64,000 nt of DNA from an uncultured Planctomycetaceae bacterium (GTDB taxonomy: Bacteria; Planctomycetota; Planctomycetia; Planctomycetales; Planctomycetaceae). A program made the translations under genes and the position numbers. Where the stretch lies: positions 96,001-160,000 of the forward strand of contig CAWFAK010000002.1 in the NCBI GenBank assembly GCA_963813715.1. The letters run 5' to 3'. Below the pieces are notes generated by a model that was not told the DNA's origin, ran no database searches, and worked only from the letters and a program-made list of their open reading frames with translations. This document shows, piece after piece, positions 1 through 11,801 of this stretch (position 1 is its first letter; each line of letters begins with the position of its first letter).

Positions 1-693
1 GCCGGGCTCAGGTGCAACAGATCGGGCATGATGTCCTTGGTCAGCGTGCCGTCTTCGTGCAGAAACTTCTTGCCGATGTCGAGGTAGAAGACGTGCTGGT
101 TGTCGGCGAGCTTGGCGATCCGCTCGTTCGCGGCCTCGTTCACCTTTCGCAGCGGATTTTCGGAATTCGCGCCGCGGGGGAAGATGGCCAGCACGAGAAC
201 CTTGGTCTCCGGCGTGGCCGACCGCAGCTTTTCGACGATCGCGGCGACGCCCGCGGCGATTTGCTGCGGCGTATTCGAGCCGCAGTTATTGGTGCCGATC
301 ATCAGCACGGCCAGCTTGGGGTGAATGCCGTCGAGGTTGCCATGTTCGAGCCGCCAGAGCACGTGCTGCGTGCGATCGCCGCCGATGCCCAGGTTCACGG
401 CGTGTCGCGTGCCGTAGTATCTTTGCCAAACAGTTTTGACCGCTTCCCTCCCAACCTTGAGTGATCGAGTCGCCGATCATGAGCAGTTGCGCGCCCCCCT
501 TGGCGACATTGGCATTGATCTGTTCCTGCCGCTTCTGCCACCAGGGGTCGCTGCGCGGCACCGGCGTAACGGTTTCGTTTTCCGCAGCCCTCGGCCGTTT
601 TTTGACGGCCGGAGCCTGGGCGAGCGCGACGGACGAGGCGAACAGGAAGAGCACACAGATTGAAAGGTGTCGGGGACGGCAAAGCTCGGACAT
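1..693 (-). CDS. Secreted SGNH/GDSL hydrolase (PAF-acetylhydrolase-like); runs off the window edge; frameshift near 430
   Basis: Signal peptide (ICVLFLFASSVALAQA) and IGDSITQGW block I motif; continues in another frame with NLGIGGDRTQHVLWR and MIGTNN. Confidence 0.85.
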
Positions 694-1085
694 GTTCCAT
701 TCCTCTGAGGCAGGGGAAATCAAACGGCGGGTAGAACGAGGTTGAGCCGCCAGTCTAGCCATCCGGCCAGACGCATTCCAGCAGCCGACGGCCCAGGCAC
801 CAACCCACGGCACTGCGCCCGGTGGCTTGAATCTTTTTTGCCAAAACCGAGTCGAATCTCAGTGAAAGCTGAAGAGCGCCTGCGCGCGGTGACAAACTTT
901 TAAGTTTTTTGAGTTATCGAAGACATTTGACAAAACCGATCGAATGAGTGAGGTCCGCGCCGCGAGGGACTTTTTCGGACACTGTTCGGCGTCCGCGTCG
1001 ATTGGGGTATCCACGGGAGTTGTGGATCCCCATTCGGACGAGTCGTCTGCGTCGGCCGCTCCTCTTTTCGAGAATCGGGTGACTT

Positions 1086-1535
1086 ATGTCGGGTTTAAGC
1101 ATCAGCTCGCTCAATCAGTACCTGTCGTCGCCTTACGCTCAGAACAGTTCGAGCACGCAATCCGATTTGCAGAACCTGGGCCAGGCACTGCAGTCGGGCA
1201 ACCTGACGGCCGCGCAAAGCGCGTTCGCCACGCTGCAGAAGGCCTATCAGACGCAGGGATCGCAATCGTCGAGCACGAGCGGGACCACGAGCCCTGTGTC
1301 GAGCGATCTGACGACCCTCGCCAACGCGCTCAACACCGGCAACTTGACCTCGGCGCAGGCCGCCTTCTCGCAGCTGCAGAAGGACCAGCAGTCCCAGAGC
1401 GGCGGCGGACATCACCACCATCACGGCGGCATGGGCGGCGCCGTTCAGTCGCTGATTTCGCAGCTGTCGAATTCGTCCTCGTCGTCGGGCAGCGGCACGT
1501 CGACAACGGGCCAAACGCTGAACGTCGAGGCCTAG
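1086..1535 (+). CDS. Hypothetical Ser/Gln-rich protein with a duplicated helical motif and a His5 tract
   Basis: 149-aa ORF; repeats SDLQNLGQALQSGNLTAAQSAFATLQK and SDLTTLANALNTGNLTSAQAAFSQLQK; GGGHHHHHGG. Confidence 0.75.
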   Translation: MSGLSISSLNQYLSSPYAQNSSSTQSDLQNLGQALQSGNLTAAQSAFATLQKAYQTQGSQSSSTSGTTSPVSSDLTTLANALNTGNLTSAQAAFSQLQKDQQSQSGGGHHHHHGGMGGAVQSLISQLSNSSSSSGSGTSTTGQTLNVEA

Positions 1536-2846
1536 CCGAGGTTCCAGCTGGGAAGACGTGGCCCGCGCCTCGCGCGGGGCCGACTCGCGCTCGCGCCAGC
1601 GCAGAATTGCGTTCTCGCGCTCGACCCGCGTCTGCACGAAGAGCCGCCGCCACAGCCGTTCCTGCGCGGGCGTAAGTTCGCAGTTGCGCCGCTCCATCGC
1701 GGCCCGGGCCGTCCGCAGCGTCCGCTCGAGATCCATGCCTTCGGTCAGTTCGCCGCGCACGACCTTGCAGAACGAGGGGACGTGTTTGGGCGCGAGTTGG
1801 CCGTCCGGCAGAATCATCGACATCGCGCCGATCGATGTGCCCGTGTTCAGCAGCGTGCCGATCGACGTCTTGGCGTGGTCGGCGATGAACGCCCCCATTT
1901 TGGTCAGTCCCGTGTCGAGCGATTCGCCGCGGACGGGCACGCGGACGTGCGAGTAGTCGTTCTTGAGGTCGCTGTTCGTGGTGAGCGCCCCCAGGTTGAC
2001 CCACGGGCAGATGTAACTGTGGCCCAAGAAGCCGGCGTGATACTTGTTCGCGTAGCCGTGCAGGATCGACGACTCGACCTCGCCGCCGACGCGGCAATAG
2101 GGGCCGATGGTCGACCCGCCGCGGACGTTCGCACCGTAGAGCCGCGCTCCGCGATCGATGTGGCACGGACCGGCGACCCGCGTGAAGGCTTCGAGCACCG
2201 CTCCCGGGCCGATCGTGATCGGTCCCTCACTCGCATCGAGCACGACGAACGGCTCGATCCGCGCGGCCGGAGCGATGTGAAAGTTGTCGCTCGGACCCAG
2301 CGTCGCCACCTGCGGCTGCAGCGCGAAGGCGTGCCGTTGGCCGATCAGACGAAAATCCTCGCGCAGCATCTCGGCGTTCTGCCGAACGACGTCCCAGGGG
2401 AACTCGAGAAACATGCCGCGGGCGTTGACGGCCGGCTGCGTCTCAGCCAAGAGCGAGAGTGACTGCTCCCAGCCGGTGCGGATGACCAGCTCGGCATCGA
2501 ACGGTTCGAGGGTGAAAAAGGCGGCCTGGCCGCCGCAGATGCCAGCCGGCTCGTGCGTCAATTCGTCGCGCAGAGCGTCGGCCGTTGGCAGCCAGCGACC
2601 GTTGATGATGAGAGTCGGTGCCGCGGCGAGCCAGGCAAAATCGTTGACGTGCGCTTCGGGATGTTCTTCGCGATATGCGTCGGCCAGATGGTCGCGCACG
2701 AATGCCCCCCACTCGCTCACGCCGCAGTTCCGCACAATCCGTTCGCGGAGCGAATACTGCCCGCAGACCAGCTCGAAAACCGGTCGAGCGAGCGTCAGCG
2801 GGTGCAGGTTGACCGCATTCGGATCTTCGACGAAGGCAACGCGCAT
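1532..2846 (-). CDS. Sugar nucleotidyltransferase-like protein with hexapeptide (left-handed beta-helix) repeats, alternative GlmU-like family; 3' end uncertain
   Basis: N-terminal LHPLTLARPVFELVCG, hexapeptide repeats, IGPYCRVGGEVESS, NKYHAGFLGHSY, NSDLKNDY; the ORF read-through to 1095 is probably due to an indel near 1550. Confidence 0.8.
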
Positions 2847-3159
2847 GCCAGGGTCCAACCGGGAGCGCCAGGGGAGATGCTGAACGCGCGGCGACTATAT
2901 CTCTTCCCCTACTTTGATGATAGACGCGTCCGGCGGTCGGCCAAGTGGCAGCCAGCACGGGCCGCCGTTTTCTTCACGGGCGGCGCCAGGCGGTCTCGTT
3001 GTCGCGATGGTCGCCGCGAACTAGAATCACCCAGCGATCGAGGACTCGGCCCCCGGCTTTACCCGCGTGCGGTCCGAGCGCGTTTGCCTCGATACAATTT
3101 CCGTCGTCGCACCGCGACACTGTTGCGCTGTCTTTTCGTCGTGCAGAGGAGCCCGAACT

Positions 3160-4179
3160 GTGGCTGTCCGTGTTGGGATCAATGGATTTGGACGCATCGG
3201 AAGAATCACGTTTCGCGCTCTGGCCGCCCGGCCGAAAGAGTTCGAGGTGGTCGCCATCAACGACTTGGGCGACCCCAAAGCGCTGGCGATGCTGCTCAAG
3301 TACGACAGCGTGCAGGGGCGTTTCCCCGGCACGATCGAGGTCGAGGGGAACAACCTGATCGTCGACGGCAAAACCGTCCGCGTCTGTGCCGAGAAAGACC
3401 CCTCGAAGCTTCCCTGGAAAGAGCTGTCGGTCGACGTGGCGCTGGAGTCGACGGGGTTCTTCACGGGCCGCAAGAAGGACGGCAAACCGGGCTACGACAG
3501 CCATCTCGACGCCGGCGCCCGCAAGGTGGTCCTGTCGGCTCCCGCCAAGGACACGCCCGACCTGACCGTGGTATTAGGGGTCAACGACCGCGAGCTGACC
3601 GCCGCACATAAATGCGTGTCGAATGCCAGCTGCACGACCAACTGCCTGGCCCCGATGGCGAAGGTCCTGCACGAGGCTTTTGGCATCGAGCAAGGACTGA
3701 TGACGACCGTCCACGCTTACACGAACGATCAGCGGGTCTCCGACCAGCTCCACTCCGATCCGCACCGGGCCCGCGCGGCCGGCCTCAACATCATTCCCAC
3801 CTCAACTGGGGCGGCCAAAGCGGTCGGGCTGGTCCTCCCCGACCTGAAGGGGAAGCTGACCGGAATTTCGCTCCGCGTTCCGGTCCCGGCCGGAAGCATT
3901 ACCGACCTCGTGGCTACCCTGAAGAAGGACGTCACGGTGCAGGACGTCAATGCGGCCATGAAGGCGGCCGCCGCCGGGCCGCTCAAGGGCATCCTGGAAT
4001 ACACGGAAGACCCGATCGTCTCCAGCGACGTCATCGGCAGCCCGTCCAGCTGCATTTTCGACTCGAGTTGGACGACGGTCATCGGCACCCGAATGATCAA
4101 AGTCCTCGGCTGGTACGACAACGAATACGGCTATTCGAATCGAACGGCAGACATCATCGCCCGGGTGGCCGCGCTCTAA
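3160..4179 (+). CDS. gap: Type I glyceraldehyde-3-phosphate dehydrogenase
   Basis: [32 protein letters not shown] start after an AGGAG RBS. Confidence 0.98.
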   Translation: MAVRVGINGFGRIGRITFRALAARPKEFEVVAINDLGDPKALAMLLKYDSVQGRFPGTIEVEGNNLIVDGKTVRVCAEKDPSKLPWKELSVDVALESTGFFTGRKKDGKPGYDSHLDAGARKVVLSAPAKDTPDLTVVLGVNDRELTAAHKCVSNASCTTNCLAPMAKVLHEAFGIEQGLMTTVHAYTNDQRVSDQLHSDPHRARAAGLNIIPTSTGAAKAVGLVLPDLKGKLTGISLRVPVPAGSITDLVATLKKDVTVQDVNAAMKAAAAGPLKGILEYTEDPIVSSDVIGSPSSCIFDSSWTTVIGTRMIKVLGWYDNEYGYSNRTADIIARVAAL

Positions 4180-4430
4180 GCGTATTGACCGGCGGAGAGT
4201 TTTTCGCCGCAAGAGATTACGTCCGATGACTTTATGGATGTCGTGCCCGCGGCCCTCTGCTGGGGCCGGCCGGCAGTTCCACTGGACTGCTCGGCACGTC
4301 TCGACCACAATAGGGTTTCCGCGGCTTTGACGGCCGCGCCTCGCCGCTTGGCTCTAACGGGGTAGCGCCCCGTCGCGAGCGAAACCGTCCGGCCGGATTG
4401 AACGCCGAGTTGAGGACGACTCCCATTCCG

Positions 4431-5138
4431 ATGAGCCGACAAGGCCTGCTCGAACACGTCGCGGGCTCGATCCCGCTGATCGCCCCGTCGATGCTCAAGT
4501 GCGACTTCGGCAACCTCCATCGCGAGGTGGACCTGCTGGAAGCGGGCGGAGCCAGAATCCTGCACATGGACGTCATGGACGGGCATTTCGTCCCCAACCT
4601 GAGCTACGGAGCGATGGTCATCGAACGGGTGCGAGAGCTGACCGAGCTGCCGTTCGAGGCTCACTTGATGATTTCGGATCCGGCCCGCTACCTCGACGAC
4701 TTCCTCAAGGCGGGCTGCAACCTGCTGACAATTCACTTGGAGGCCGTGCCCGAGCCGCGTCCGTTACTTGCCCGCATTCGGGAGCACGGCGCTCTGGCCG
4801 GTTTGGCGATCAATCCGAAAACGCCCGTCGAATCGCTCGAGTCGTTCCTGGATGCCTTCGATGTGGCCCTGGTGATGAGCGTCGAGCCCGGTTTCGGCGG
4901 CCAGAAGTTTATGCCCAGCGCACTCGACAAGCTCCGCTGGCTCAAGTCGCGGCTGAAGCCGGGGACCTTTGCCTCGGTGGACGGCGGCATCGACCTGGAG
5001 ACCATCGGCGACGTCGCGGCCGCGGGAGCGAACATTTTTGTCACAGGCAGCGCGATCTTCGAGGCCGGCGATTACGGCCACGCCATGACCGAATTGGCCG
5101 ACCGGGCCAAAGCCGCCGCGGCCGCCAAGCCTCGCTGA
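4431..5138 (+). CDS. rpe: Ribulose-phosphate 3-epimerase
   Basis: [39 protein letters not shown]. Confidence 0.97.
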   Translation: MSRQGLLEHVAGSIPLIAPSMLKCDFGNLHREVDLLEAGGARILHMDVMDGHFVPNLSYGAMVIERVRELTELPFEAHLMISDPARYLDDFLKAGCNLLTIHLEAVPEPRPLLARIREHGALAGLAINPKTPVESLESFLDAFDVALVMSVEPGFGGQKFMPSALDKLRWLKSRLKPGTFASVDGGIDLETIGDVAAAGANIFVTGSAIFEAGDYGHAMTELADRAKAAAAAKPR

Positions 5139-5152
5139 GGAATCCCCCGTCC

Positions 5153-6026
5153 ATGCCAGACGTCGTTTTAATCCGTCCCGGATGCACCGATTTCGACGAG
5201 CAAAATCGCATCCAGGGCGTGCTCGATCTGCCGCTGAACCACCGCGGCCATGCGCAAGTGCTGGGCTTGGTGGCGCAGCTGCAGGAGGTCGAGTTCGACG
5301 TCGTTTTCACGGCTCCCGGCGAGCCGGCCCGCTCCACCGCGCTAGCCATCTGCGAGCAAAACGGGGCCTCGCTCAAAGAAGTGGACGATTTCCGCAACCT
5401 CGACCACGGTCTGTGGCAGGGGCTGCCGGTCGACGACGTGCGGCGGAAATACCCCAAAGTCTTCAAGCAGTGGCAGGAATCGCCCGAAACCGTCCGCCTG
5501 CCCGAGGGGGAAACGGTGGCCGAGGCGGTCGAGCGGATTCGCCGCGGCCTCCGCAAGTGTCTCAAGCGCAAACGCACGATCGGCATCGTGGCGTCGGAGC
5601 CACTGGCGACGATGATCAGCTGCGTGCTACGCGGCCAGCGCCCGTCGTTCCCGGAATCGTGCGACCGCAAGTCGCTGCGGCCGACAATCGAGCGGATCTC
5701 GCTAGCCACGGCCGCGCTGCCCGAAGCCGACTCGGTTCCGTCGAACGGAAAGACCGCGACAGGTCGAGCCGCCGCCGCCTCGCCGACCAACGGCAAGCCG
5801 ACCAATGGCAAGTCACTCGCCAACGGCGCAGTCTCCGAACGGCACCGCGTCAGCGAACGGGGCGCCGCCCACGAACGCGGCGCCGTCCGCAAACGGGCGC
5901 TCCGTCACGCTTCCCAAGTCACGGAAAGACAACGGAAACGGGAAAGACGCCGGAAATGGAAACGGCACGAGTTCGGCCGCGGGAACCGGGCCGGCCTCGA
6001 CCTCCAAACGGGGGACTCACGAATGA
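5153..6026 (+). CDS. Histidine phosphatase superfamily protein (RHG replaced by RPG) with an Asn-Gly-rich tail; frameshift near 5830
   Basis: [31 protein letters not shown]; the NG-rich tail continues in frame 5805-6026, whose stop overlaps the accD ATG (ATGA). Confidence 0.8.
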
Positions 6027-6880
6027 GTACCGTCGACAATCCGAATCTTGAAGGGACCGAGGCGATGCCGCGGCAGCGTCCGAAGCGCGGCGTGCCGGAA
6101 GGCCTGTGGATTGGGTGCGACGGCTGCGGAGCGAGCGTCTTTCGCAAAACGGTCGACGAGAAGCTGGGCCTGTGCCCCGAGTGCGGCCATCACTTTTATA
6201 TTTCGGCGCGAACCCGCATCAAGCAGCTGTTGGACGAGGACAGCTTTGAAGAGTGGTTCGCCAACATGGCGCCGCTGGACCCGCTGGGCTTCGTCGACAA
6301 AAAGCCTTACAGCGAACGGCTTGCCCAGGAGCAGGCGCGAACTGGACTCTTGGACGCCTGCGTGGCCGGAAGAGGCTATCTCCGCGGTCGGTCGCTGGTC
6401 TTTGCCGCCACCGATTCGGCGTTCATCATGGGAAGCATGGGGTCGGTCGTCGGCGAAAAGCTGACCCGCGCCATCGAGGCCGCCACCGAGCTGCATCTGC
6501 CGCTGGTAATCGTCAGCGGCTCGGGCGGCGGGGCCCGGATGCACGAGGGAATTCTGTCGCTGATGCAGATGGCCAAGGTCTCCGCGGCCATCGCCCGCTA
6601 CCAGCGCGACAGTGGACTCTTTATTTCTGTGCTCACGAACCCGACAATGGGAGGAGTGGCCGCCAGCTTCGCGGCGCTCGGCGATGTGATCCTGGCCGAG
6701 CCCAAGGCGCTGATCGGTTTTGCCGGTCCGCGCGTGGTCGAGGCCACGGTCAAAATCTCGCTCCCGAAAGGCTTTCAAACGAGTGAGTTTTTGCTGGAGC
6801 ACGGGTTTATCGATCGGATCGTGCCGCGACCACAGTTGGGCGTGGAGATCGCCCGCCTGATCGACTACTGCTCGATGTGA
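6023..6880 (+). CDS. accD: Acetyl-CoA carboxylase carboxyltransferase subunit beta
   Basis: [12 protein letters not shown]...CPEC zinc finger, [38 protein letters not shown]. Confidence 0.97.
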   Translation: MSTVDNPNLEGTEAMPRQRPKRGVPEGLWIGCDGCGASVFRKTVDEKLGLCPECGHHFYISARTRIKQLLDEDSFEEWFANMAPLDPLGFVDKKPYSERLAQEQARTGLLDACVAGRGYLRGRSLVFAATDSAFIMGSMGSVVGEKLTRAIEAATELHLPLVIVSGSGGGARMHEGILSLMQMAKVSAAIARYQRDSGLFISVLTNPTMGGVAASFAALGDVILAEPKALIGFAGPRVVEATVKISLPKGFQTSEFLLEHGFIDRIVPRPQLGVEIARLIDYCSM

Positions 6881-6886
6881 GCGGAC

Positions 6887-7855
6887 ATGGGTTTTCTGCG
6901 GTCCTTTTTTGGCGGCAAACGACGCGCGGCCAATCCGCGTGTCGACGTGTCGCAGCGGTTCGACCGGGTTAGCCGCTTGGGCACCGGCAGCATGTCCAAG
7001 GTTTGGCGGGCCGTTGACCGCAAGTCGGGGCAGGTCGTCGCGCTCAAGATCCTCGATCGCGACAAGACGGCCCGTTACGAGGCCCGCTTCACCGACCGGG
7101 TGAAGCCGACCGAAGGACAGGTCGCGTCGCAGCTGTCGCACCGGCACATTGTGAAGACGTTCGAGCACGGCGTCACGACCGACGGTGAGCAGTTCCTCGT
7201 GATGGAGCTGGTCGAGGGGATCGGCCTCGCCTATCTGGTCGACGTGCAGAACGAGACCATGCGCGAGCATCGGCTGCGGGTGATGGTCGAGCTGGGCGAA
7301 GCCATCGAGTATCTCCACAAGGAAAAGTGGATCCACCGCGATCTGTGTCCCCGCAATGTCCTGCTCGACAAGCAACACTGCACCAAGCTGATCGACTTCG
7401 GCCTGGTTGTCCCCAACACGCGGGCCTTCCAGGAGCCGGGCAATCGCACGGGCACCGCCAACTACATGGCGCCCGAGCTGATCAAGCGGCAGCGGACGGA
7501 CCAGCGGATCGACATCTTTTCATTTGCGGTCACTTGCTACGAGATGTACTGCAAGACGCTGCCGTGGCCGTCGGATAACGGCGCCTCGCTCGAAATGATG
7601 CTCAAGCGGATCAACACGAAGCCGCGGGACATCCGCGAGCTGGTCCCGAACCTCGACGAGCAGATCGCGAGCGCCATCATGCGCGGGCTGGAGGCCGAGC
7701 CGCAGAATCGCTGGCAAAACGCGAGCGAAATGGTCTCGGAGCTGCGCGTCGCTTTGCACCGGCTCCAGCCGCCGCCCAAACCCGAAGAGACCAAGAAGCG
7801 TACCAAGAAACGCAAAGACGCGTTTTCCGACAAATGGCAGTTTAAAACGCAGTGA
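6887..7855 (+). CDS. Soluble Hanks-type Ser/Thr protein kinase
   Basis: [38 protein letters not shown]. Confidence 0.95.
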   Translation: MGFLRSFFGGKRRAANPRVDVSQRFDRVSRLGTGSMSKVWRAVDRKSGQVVALKILDRDKTARYEARFTDRVKPTEGQVASQLSHRHIVKTFEHGVTTDGEQFLVMELVEGIGLAYLVDVQNETMREHRLRVMVELGEAIEYLHKEKWIHRDLCPRNVLLDKQHCTKLIDFGLVVPNTRAFQEPGNRTGTANYMAPELIKRQRTDQRIDIFSFAVTCYEMYCKTLPWPSDNGASLEMMLKRINTKPRDIRELVPNLDEQIASAIMRGLEAEPQNRWQNASEMVSELRVALHRLQPPPKPEETKKRTKKRKDAFSDKWQFKTQ

Positions 7856-9923
7856 GCGTGGCACGGACTGCCGCGACCGGACGGCTGCGCGACCTCAACG
7901 AACGGCAGCGAGAGGCCGTCCTCACCTTGTCCGGGCCAGTCCTGGTCCTGGCCGGCGCCGGCACGGGAAAGACGCGGGTCATCACCTACCGCACGGCGGA
8001 GCTGATTCGCCGCGGCACGCCGCCCGATCGGATTCTCTCGGTCACCTTCACGAACAAGGCGGCCCGCGAGATGCAACAGCGGACGGCCGCCCTGCTCGGC
8101 CGGGCCCGCGCGGAGTCGCGCGGCCGCTCGTCACTACGTTTCACTCGCTCTGCGTGCGAATCCTGCGACAGGACGCCACGCATCTCGGCTATCCGGCCAA
8201 CTTCTCAATATTCGATCGCAGCGACCAGGAATCGGCCGCGCGGGCCGCGCTCCGCGAAATTCGCGTCAGCGACAAAACACTGCGCCCGGGCGACCTGGTC
8301 AGCCGCATCAGCCGCTGGAAATCGGCCGGCATCGCCCCGCAGCGGGCGATTGACTTCGTCGAAAACGATCTCGACATGCTGGCGGCGTCCGCCTATCGCC
8401 GCTACCAGCAGGCGATCAAGAGTCGCGGCGGCGTCGACTTCGACGACTTGCTCCTGCTCACGCATCGCCTGTTCGAGGAGTTTCCGGACGTGCTGGCTCG
8501 CCACCAGCGCCGCTTCGATCACGTGCAGATCGACGAATACCAGGACACCAACGGCACGCAGTTCGCGCTGGCCGAAGCGCTCGTGCGGCCGCACCGCTCG
8601 CTCTGCGTCGTCGGCGACGACGACCAGTCGATCTACGGCTGGCGCGGGGCGGAAGTGCGGCACATCCTCGAGTTTCAGAACATTTTTCCCGGCACTCGGG
8701 TCATCCGCCTCGAGCAGAACTATCGCTCGAATCCGGCCATCTTGGAGATCGCGAACCGTCTCGCCGCGAACAATCCGGGTCGCCACGCCAAGCGGCTGGA
8801 GGCCTGCCGTCCCCCGGGCAGCGCGGTTCGCTTTCGTGGCTTCGAGGACGAGCAGGCCGAGGCGGCCGCTGTGGTGGCCGAGATCGCCGGACTGGTGGCC
8901 GGCGGCACCACGCCGGGCGAGGTGGCGATTTTGTTTCGCACCAACGAGCAGCCGCGACTGTTCGAGTCCGAGCTGCGCCGCCGCCGCTTGCCGTACGTTG
9001 TGATCGGCGGCCAATCGTTCTTCGATCGCAAGGAAATTCGCGACTTGCTGGCTTATCTCAAGGTGATCTCGCGGACCGACGACGAGCAGTCGCTCTTGCG
9101 GATCATCAACACGCCGCCGCGCGGGATCGGCGACGCGGCCGTCGAAAAACTGACGATGCAGGCCGTCCGCAGCGGCCGCACCGTCTGGGACGTGATCACG
9201 CGGGCGGAGGGAATGGTCGACCCGGACGGGAATCTCGTGGTGAGCGGCGAACGTCCCGAAATGTCGGTCAAAGCGGCCGCTGGCGTCGCCGAGCTGCGAA
9301 GTGTGATCGAACGCTTTCGCGACGAGTTTGCAGCGCTCGCACAGCCGTTGCCCGACCTCTTTCAAAAACTGGTCGAGGAGATTCGCTACGAAGCCGAAAT
9401 CGAGCGGCTCAATCCCGAGCCCGAACAGCAGCTCACGCGAAAGGCGGCTCTCGACCAGCTCCGCGAGTCGATCAAGATTTACTCCGACCGCGCGGAGACG
9501 GTGTCGCTTGCCGGATTTTTGGAGGACTGCGCCCTGGCCGGCCGCGACGAGGAAGACGACTCGGAGCGCGAACGGAGCGGCGTCGTCCGTTTGATGACCT
9601 TGCACAGCGCCAAGGGGCTCGAGTTCCCGCGCGTCTATCTCGTCGGTCTGGAAGAGGGATTGTTGCCGCACCGGCGTTCGCTCGAAGATCCCGACTCCCC
9701 TTCCCTGCCGGAAGAGCGCCGGCTGGCTTACGTCGGCGTGACACGGGCGATGAACGATCTGACGATCAGCTGGGCCGAGAGCCGTATGAAATGGGGCAAA
9801 CGGCAGCCCACGCTTGTCTCCCGCTTCGTCGCCGAAATGCGGGCGGACGATGCCGAGGAAGACGATGCCGACGAGGGTGATCAGGGCGGACGACGCGGGC
9901 CACGGCGACGCCGATGGACGTGA
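7852..9923 (+). CDS. UvrD/Rep/PcrA-family SF1A helicase; frameshift near 8110-8130
   Basis: [62 protein letters not shown]. Confidence 0.93.
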
Positions 9924-10673
9924 ATCCGGCGACGCCGATCGCGAAGCCAACTCATGACCGGCGCGACCTGGCGAGATTCGACCCGCCGTCGGCCCTCGTG
10001 CTGGGCATCGAAACGTCCGGCCTGGCGGGGGGAATTGCGCTCTTCCGGGGTGACCACTGTCTGGGCGACGTGCAGCTTGAAGAGGCCCCACGGCGGCACG
10101 CGCAGACGCTCGTCGCGCAGATCGGCACGCTTGTTGGCGGGGCCGGCTGTCGGGTGCGCGATCTTTCGGCGGTCGCCGTCAGCATCGGACCGGGAAGTTT
10201 TACCGGGCTGCGGGTCGGTGTCGTCTGCGCGAAAACGCTGGCCTATGCGACGGGCTGTCGACTGGCCGCCGTCGATACGCTGCGAGCGATCGCGGCCAAC
10301 AGTCCGGCCGACGTCGCCCGCGTACACGTGCTGGCCGACGCGCTTCGCGGCGATGCTTACGTCGCCAGTTACCAGCGAATTGACGAGCACGTGGATCGCC
10401 CAAGAGCCACCGGCCCTTGCGGCCGCCGCGGCGTGGCTGGCCGAGCGCGGACCCGGTGACGTGCTTTCCGGACCAGGGCTGGCGGTCTACGCCGCCAATA
10501 TTTCTCCTGCGTGCCGACAACTGCCGGCCGACTGCTGGACACCTCGCGCCCGCGTCGTCGCCCAATTGGGGCTCGAACAGCTGGCCCGCGGGCAGGCGGC
10601 CGATTGCGCGACTCTCGTCCCGTTTTATCTCCGCCGTAGTGCGGCCGAGGAACGGAAGATGCGGGCCGAATAA
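9914..10673 (+). CDS. tsaB: tRNA threonylcarbamoyladenosine biosynthesis protein TsaB; frameshift near 10390
   Basis: LGIETS, GPGSFTGLRVG; C-terminal LVPFYLRRSAAEE in a second frame. Confidence 0.92.
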
Positions 10674-10731
10674 CGCTCGACTTCCTTGCCCGCTGCCGCG
10701 CCGTGTGATGGATCAGTTTTCCGGCGCGCGA

Positions 10732-10737
10732 TATAAT
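10732..10737 (+). promoter_or_regulatory. Candidate sigma70 -10 hexamer
   Basis: Perfect TATAAT about 105 bp upstream of the 10843 start in GC-rich context; no clear -35. Confidence 0.35.
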
Positions 10738-10842
10738 CGCCTGCGGTTGGAGGGGAGCGGGCGGGCGAAAAACGATTGACGCTCACCGCAGGCGAGCCCG
10801 TCGCGGGCGAATCCCGCGGGGGTGCAGGAGAGAGGACGTCGT

Positions 10843-11166
10843 ATGGCGCTGTACGAGATCGAGACGACCCAGCACATCATGATCGGCTGGGCGGATTCTC
10901 CCCAGCAGGCCCGAGAAATCGCCGGCCAGCACTACCCTCATGAAGACGTCGTGCGGCTCACCAAGCGGCCCCGAGACATCTGGGTGATCTCCAAGGGGAT
11001 GCTCGGCGTCAAAGGGACCAGCGAGCCCAACGACGCGGCCCGCGACTGCCTGGCCCGCGCCAAGGGGGACAAGGTCCACGCGATCCGGCTGTACATGCTG
11101 GATACCGGGGCCGACCTCCATGAAGCGCAGCGCGCCATCGAAACCAACATGTCGCTCGGCTGGTAA
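10843..11166 (+). CDS. Small hypothetical protein with a C-terminal L7/L12-CTD-like motif
   Basis: GAGAGGA RBS; C-terminus DKVHAIRLYMLDTGADLHEAQRAIE. Confidence 0.75.
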   Translation: MALYEIETTQHIMIGWADSPQQAREIAGQHYPHEDVVRLTKRPRDIWVISKGMLGVKGTSEPNDAARDCLARAKGDKVHAIRLYMLDTGADLHEAQRAIETNMSLGW

Positions 11167-11384
11167 CGACGGCTGCCCGACGCCCGCCCGCCTCGGCTAC
11201 CCTTTTCGGCCGCCTCATTTTGGCTGCCCCGCTGCCCGCTCACGCTGCCCTCGCCTTGGAGCGGCGCCAAGCGACGTTCGGGCCCTCGCTTTACCCCCTC
11301 ACTCAAACGCGTTGTAATTGAGCGAACGCGTATTATCCCTCCCGCTTTCCGTCGTTCCCCACCGCTTGAGCCAGGAACTTCAAC

Positions 11385-11792
11385 ATGACGCTGCGGAATC
11401 TGCTCGTGAGTGCGATGGTGCTTGGTGCCGGCCTGTCGTCCGGTGAAATCCCTTCGGCCAAGGCCGACGACATGGTCTACGAGCTGCGGACCTACACAGC
11501 CAGTCCCGGCAAAATGCCCGAGCTGCAGAAGCGGTTCCGCGATCACACGATCCGCATCTTCGAGAAGCACGGCATCAAGAGCATCGGCTACTGGGTCCCC
11601 GAGAAGCAGCCCGACACGCTGATTTATCTCGTCGTTCACCAAAGCCGCAAAGCGGCCGACAAGTCGTGGGCCGCGTTCATCGCCGATCCGGAATGGCAGA
11701 AGGTCTTCCGAGAGTCGCAAAAGAACGGTTCCCTGACCAAGAAGGTGGAGCGGGTCTACCTCAATCCGACCGATTTTTCCCCGCTCAAGTAG
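11385..11792 (+). CDS. Secreted NIPSNAP family protein
   Basis: Signal peptide; YELRTY, FEKHGI, WAAFIADPEW, PTDFSPLK. Confidence 0.92.
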   Translation: MTLRNLLVSAMVLGAGLSSGEIPSAKADDMVYELRTYTASPGKMPELQKRFRDHTIRIFEKHGIKSIGYWVPEKQPDTLIYLVVHQSRKAADKSWAAFIADPEWQKVFRESQKNGSLTKKVERVYLNPTDFSPLK

Positions 11793-11801
11793 CGAACGCC
11801 G

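Noticed and set aside
895..1030. Sigma28-like promoter or DnaA-box pair upstream of the 1086 gene
   Set aside because: Spacing to CCGAT does not fit the consensus; the boxes match only 7/9 and are explained by a simple hairpin
1095..1535. 441-bp antisense overlap between the GlmU-like ORF and the 1086 gene
   Set aside because: The extension reads like an antisense shadow, and a TAG at 1534-1532 in a neighbouring frame gives a normal end
4499..6880. 793-aa ORF suggesting a phosphatase-AccD fusion
   Set aside because: The NG-rich tail continues in another frame and stops at 6026, overlapping the accD ATG; the fusion is best explained by an indel near 5830
8205..10091. Long antisense ORFs (also 45025-46851, 30712-32319 and others)
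   Set aside because: Typical high-GC shadow frames opposite well-supported genes
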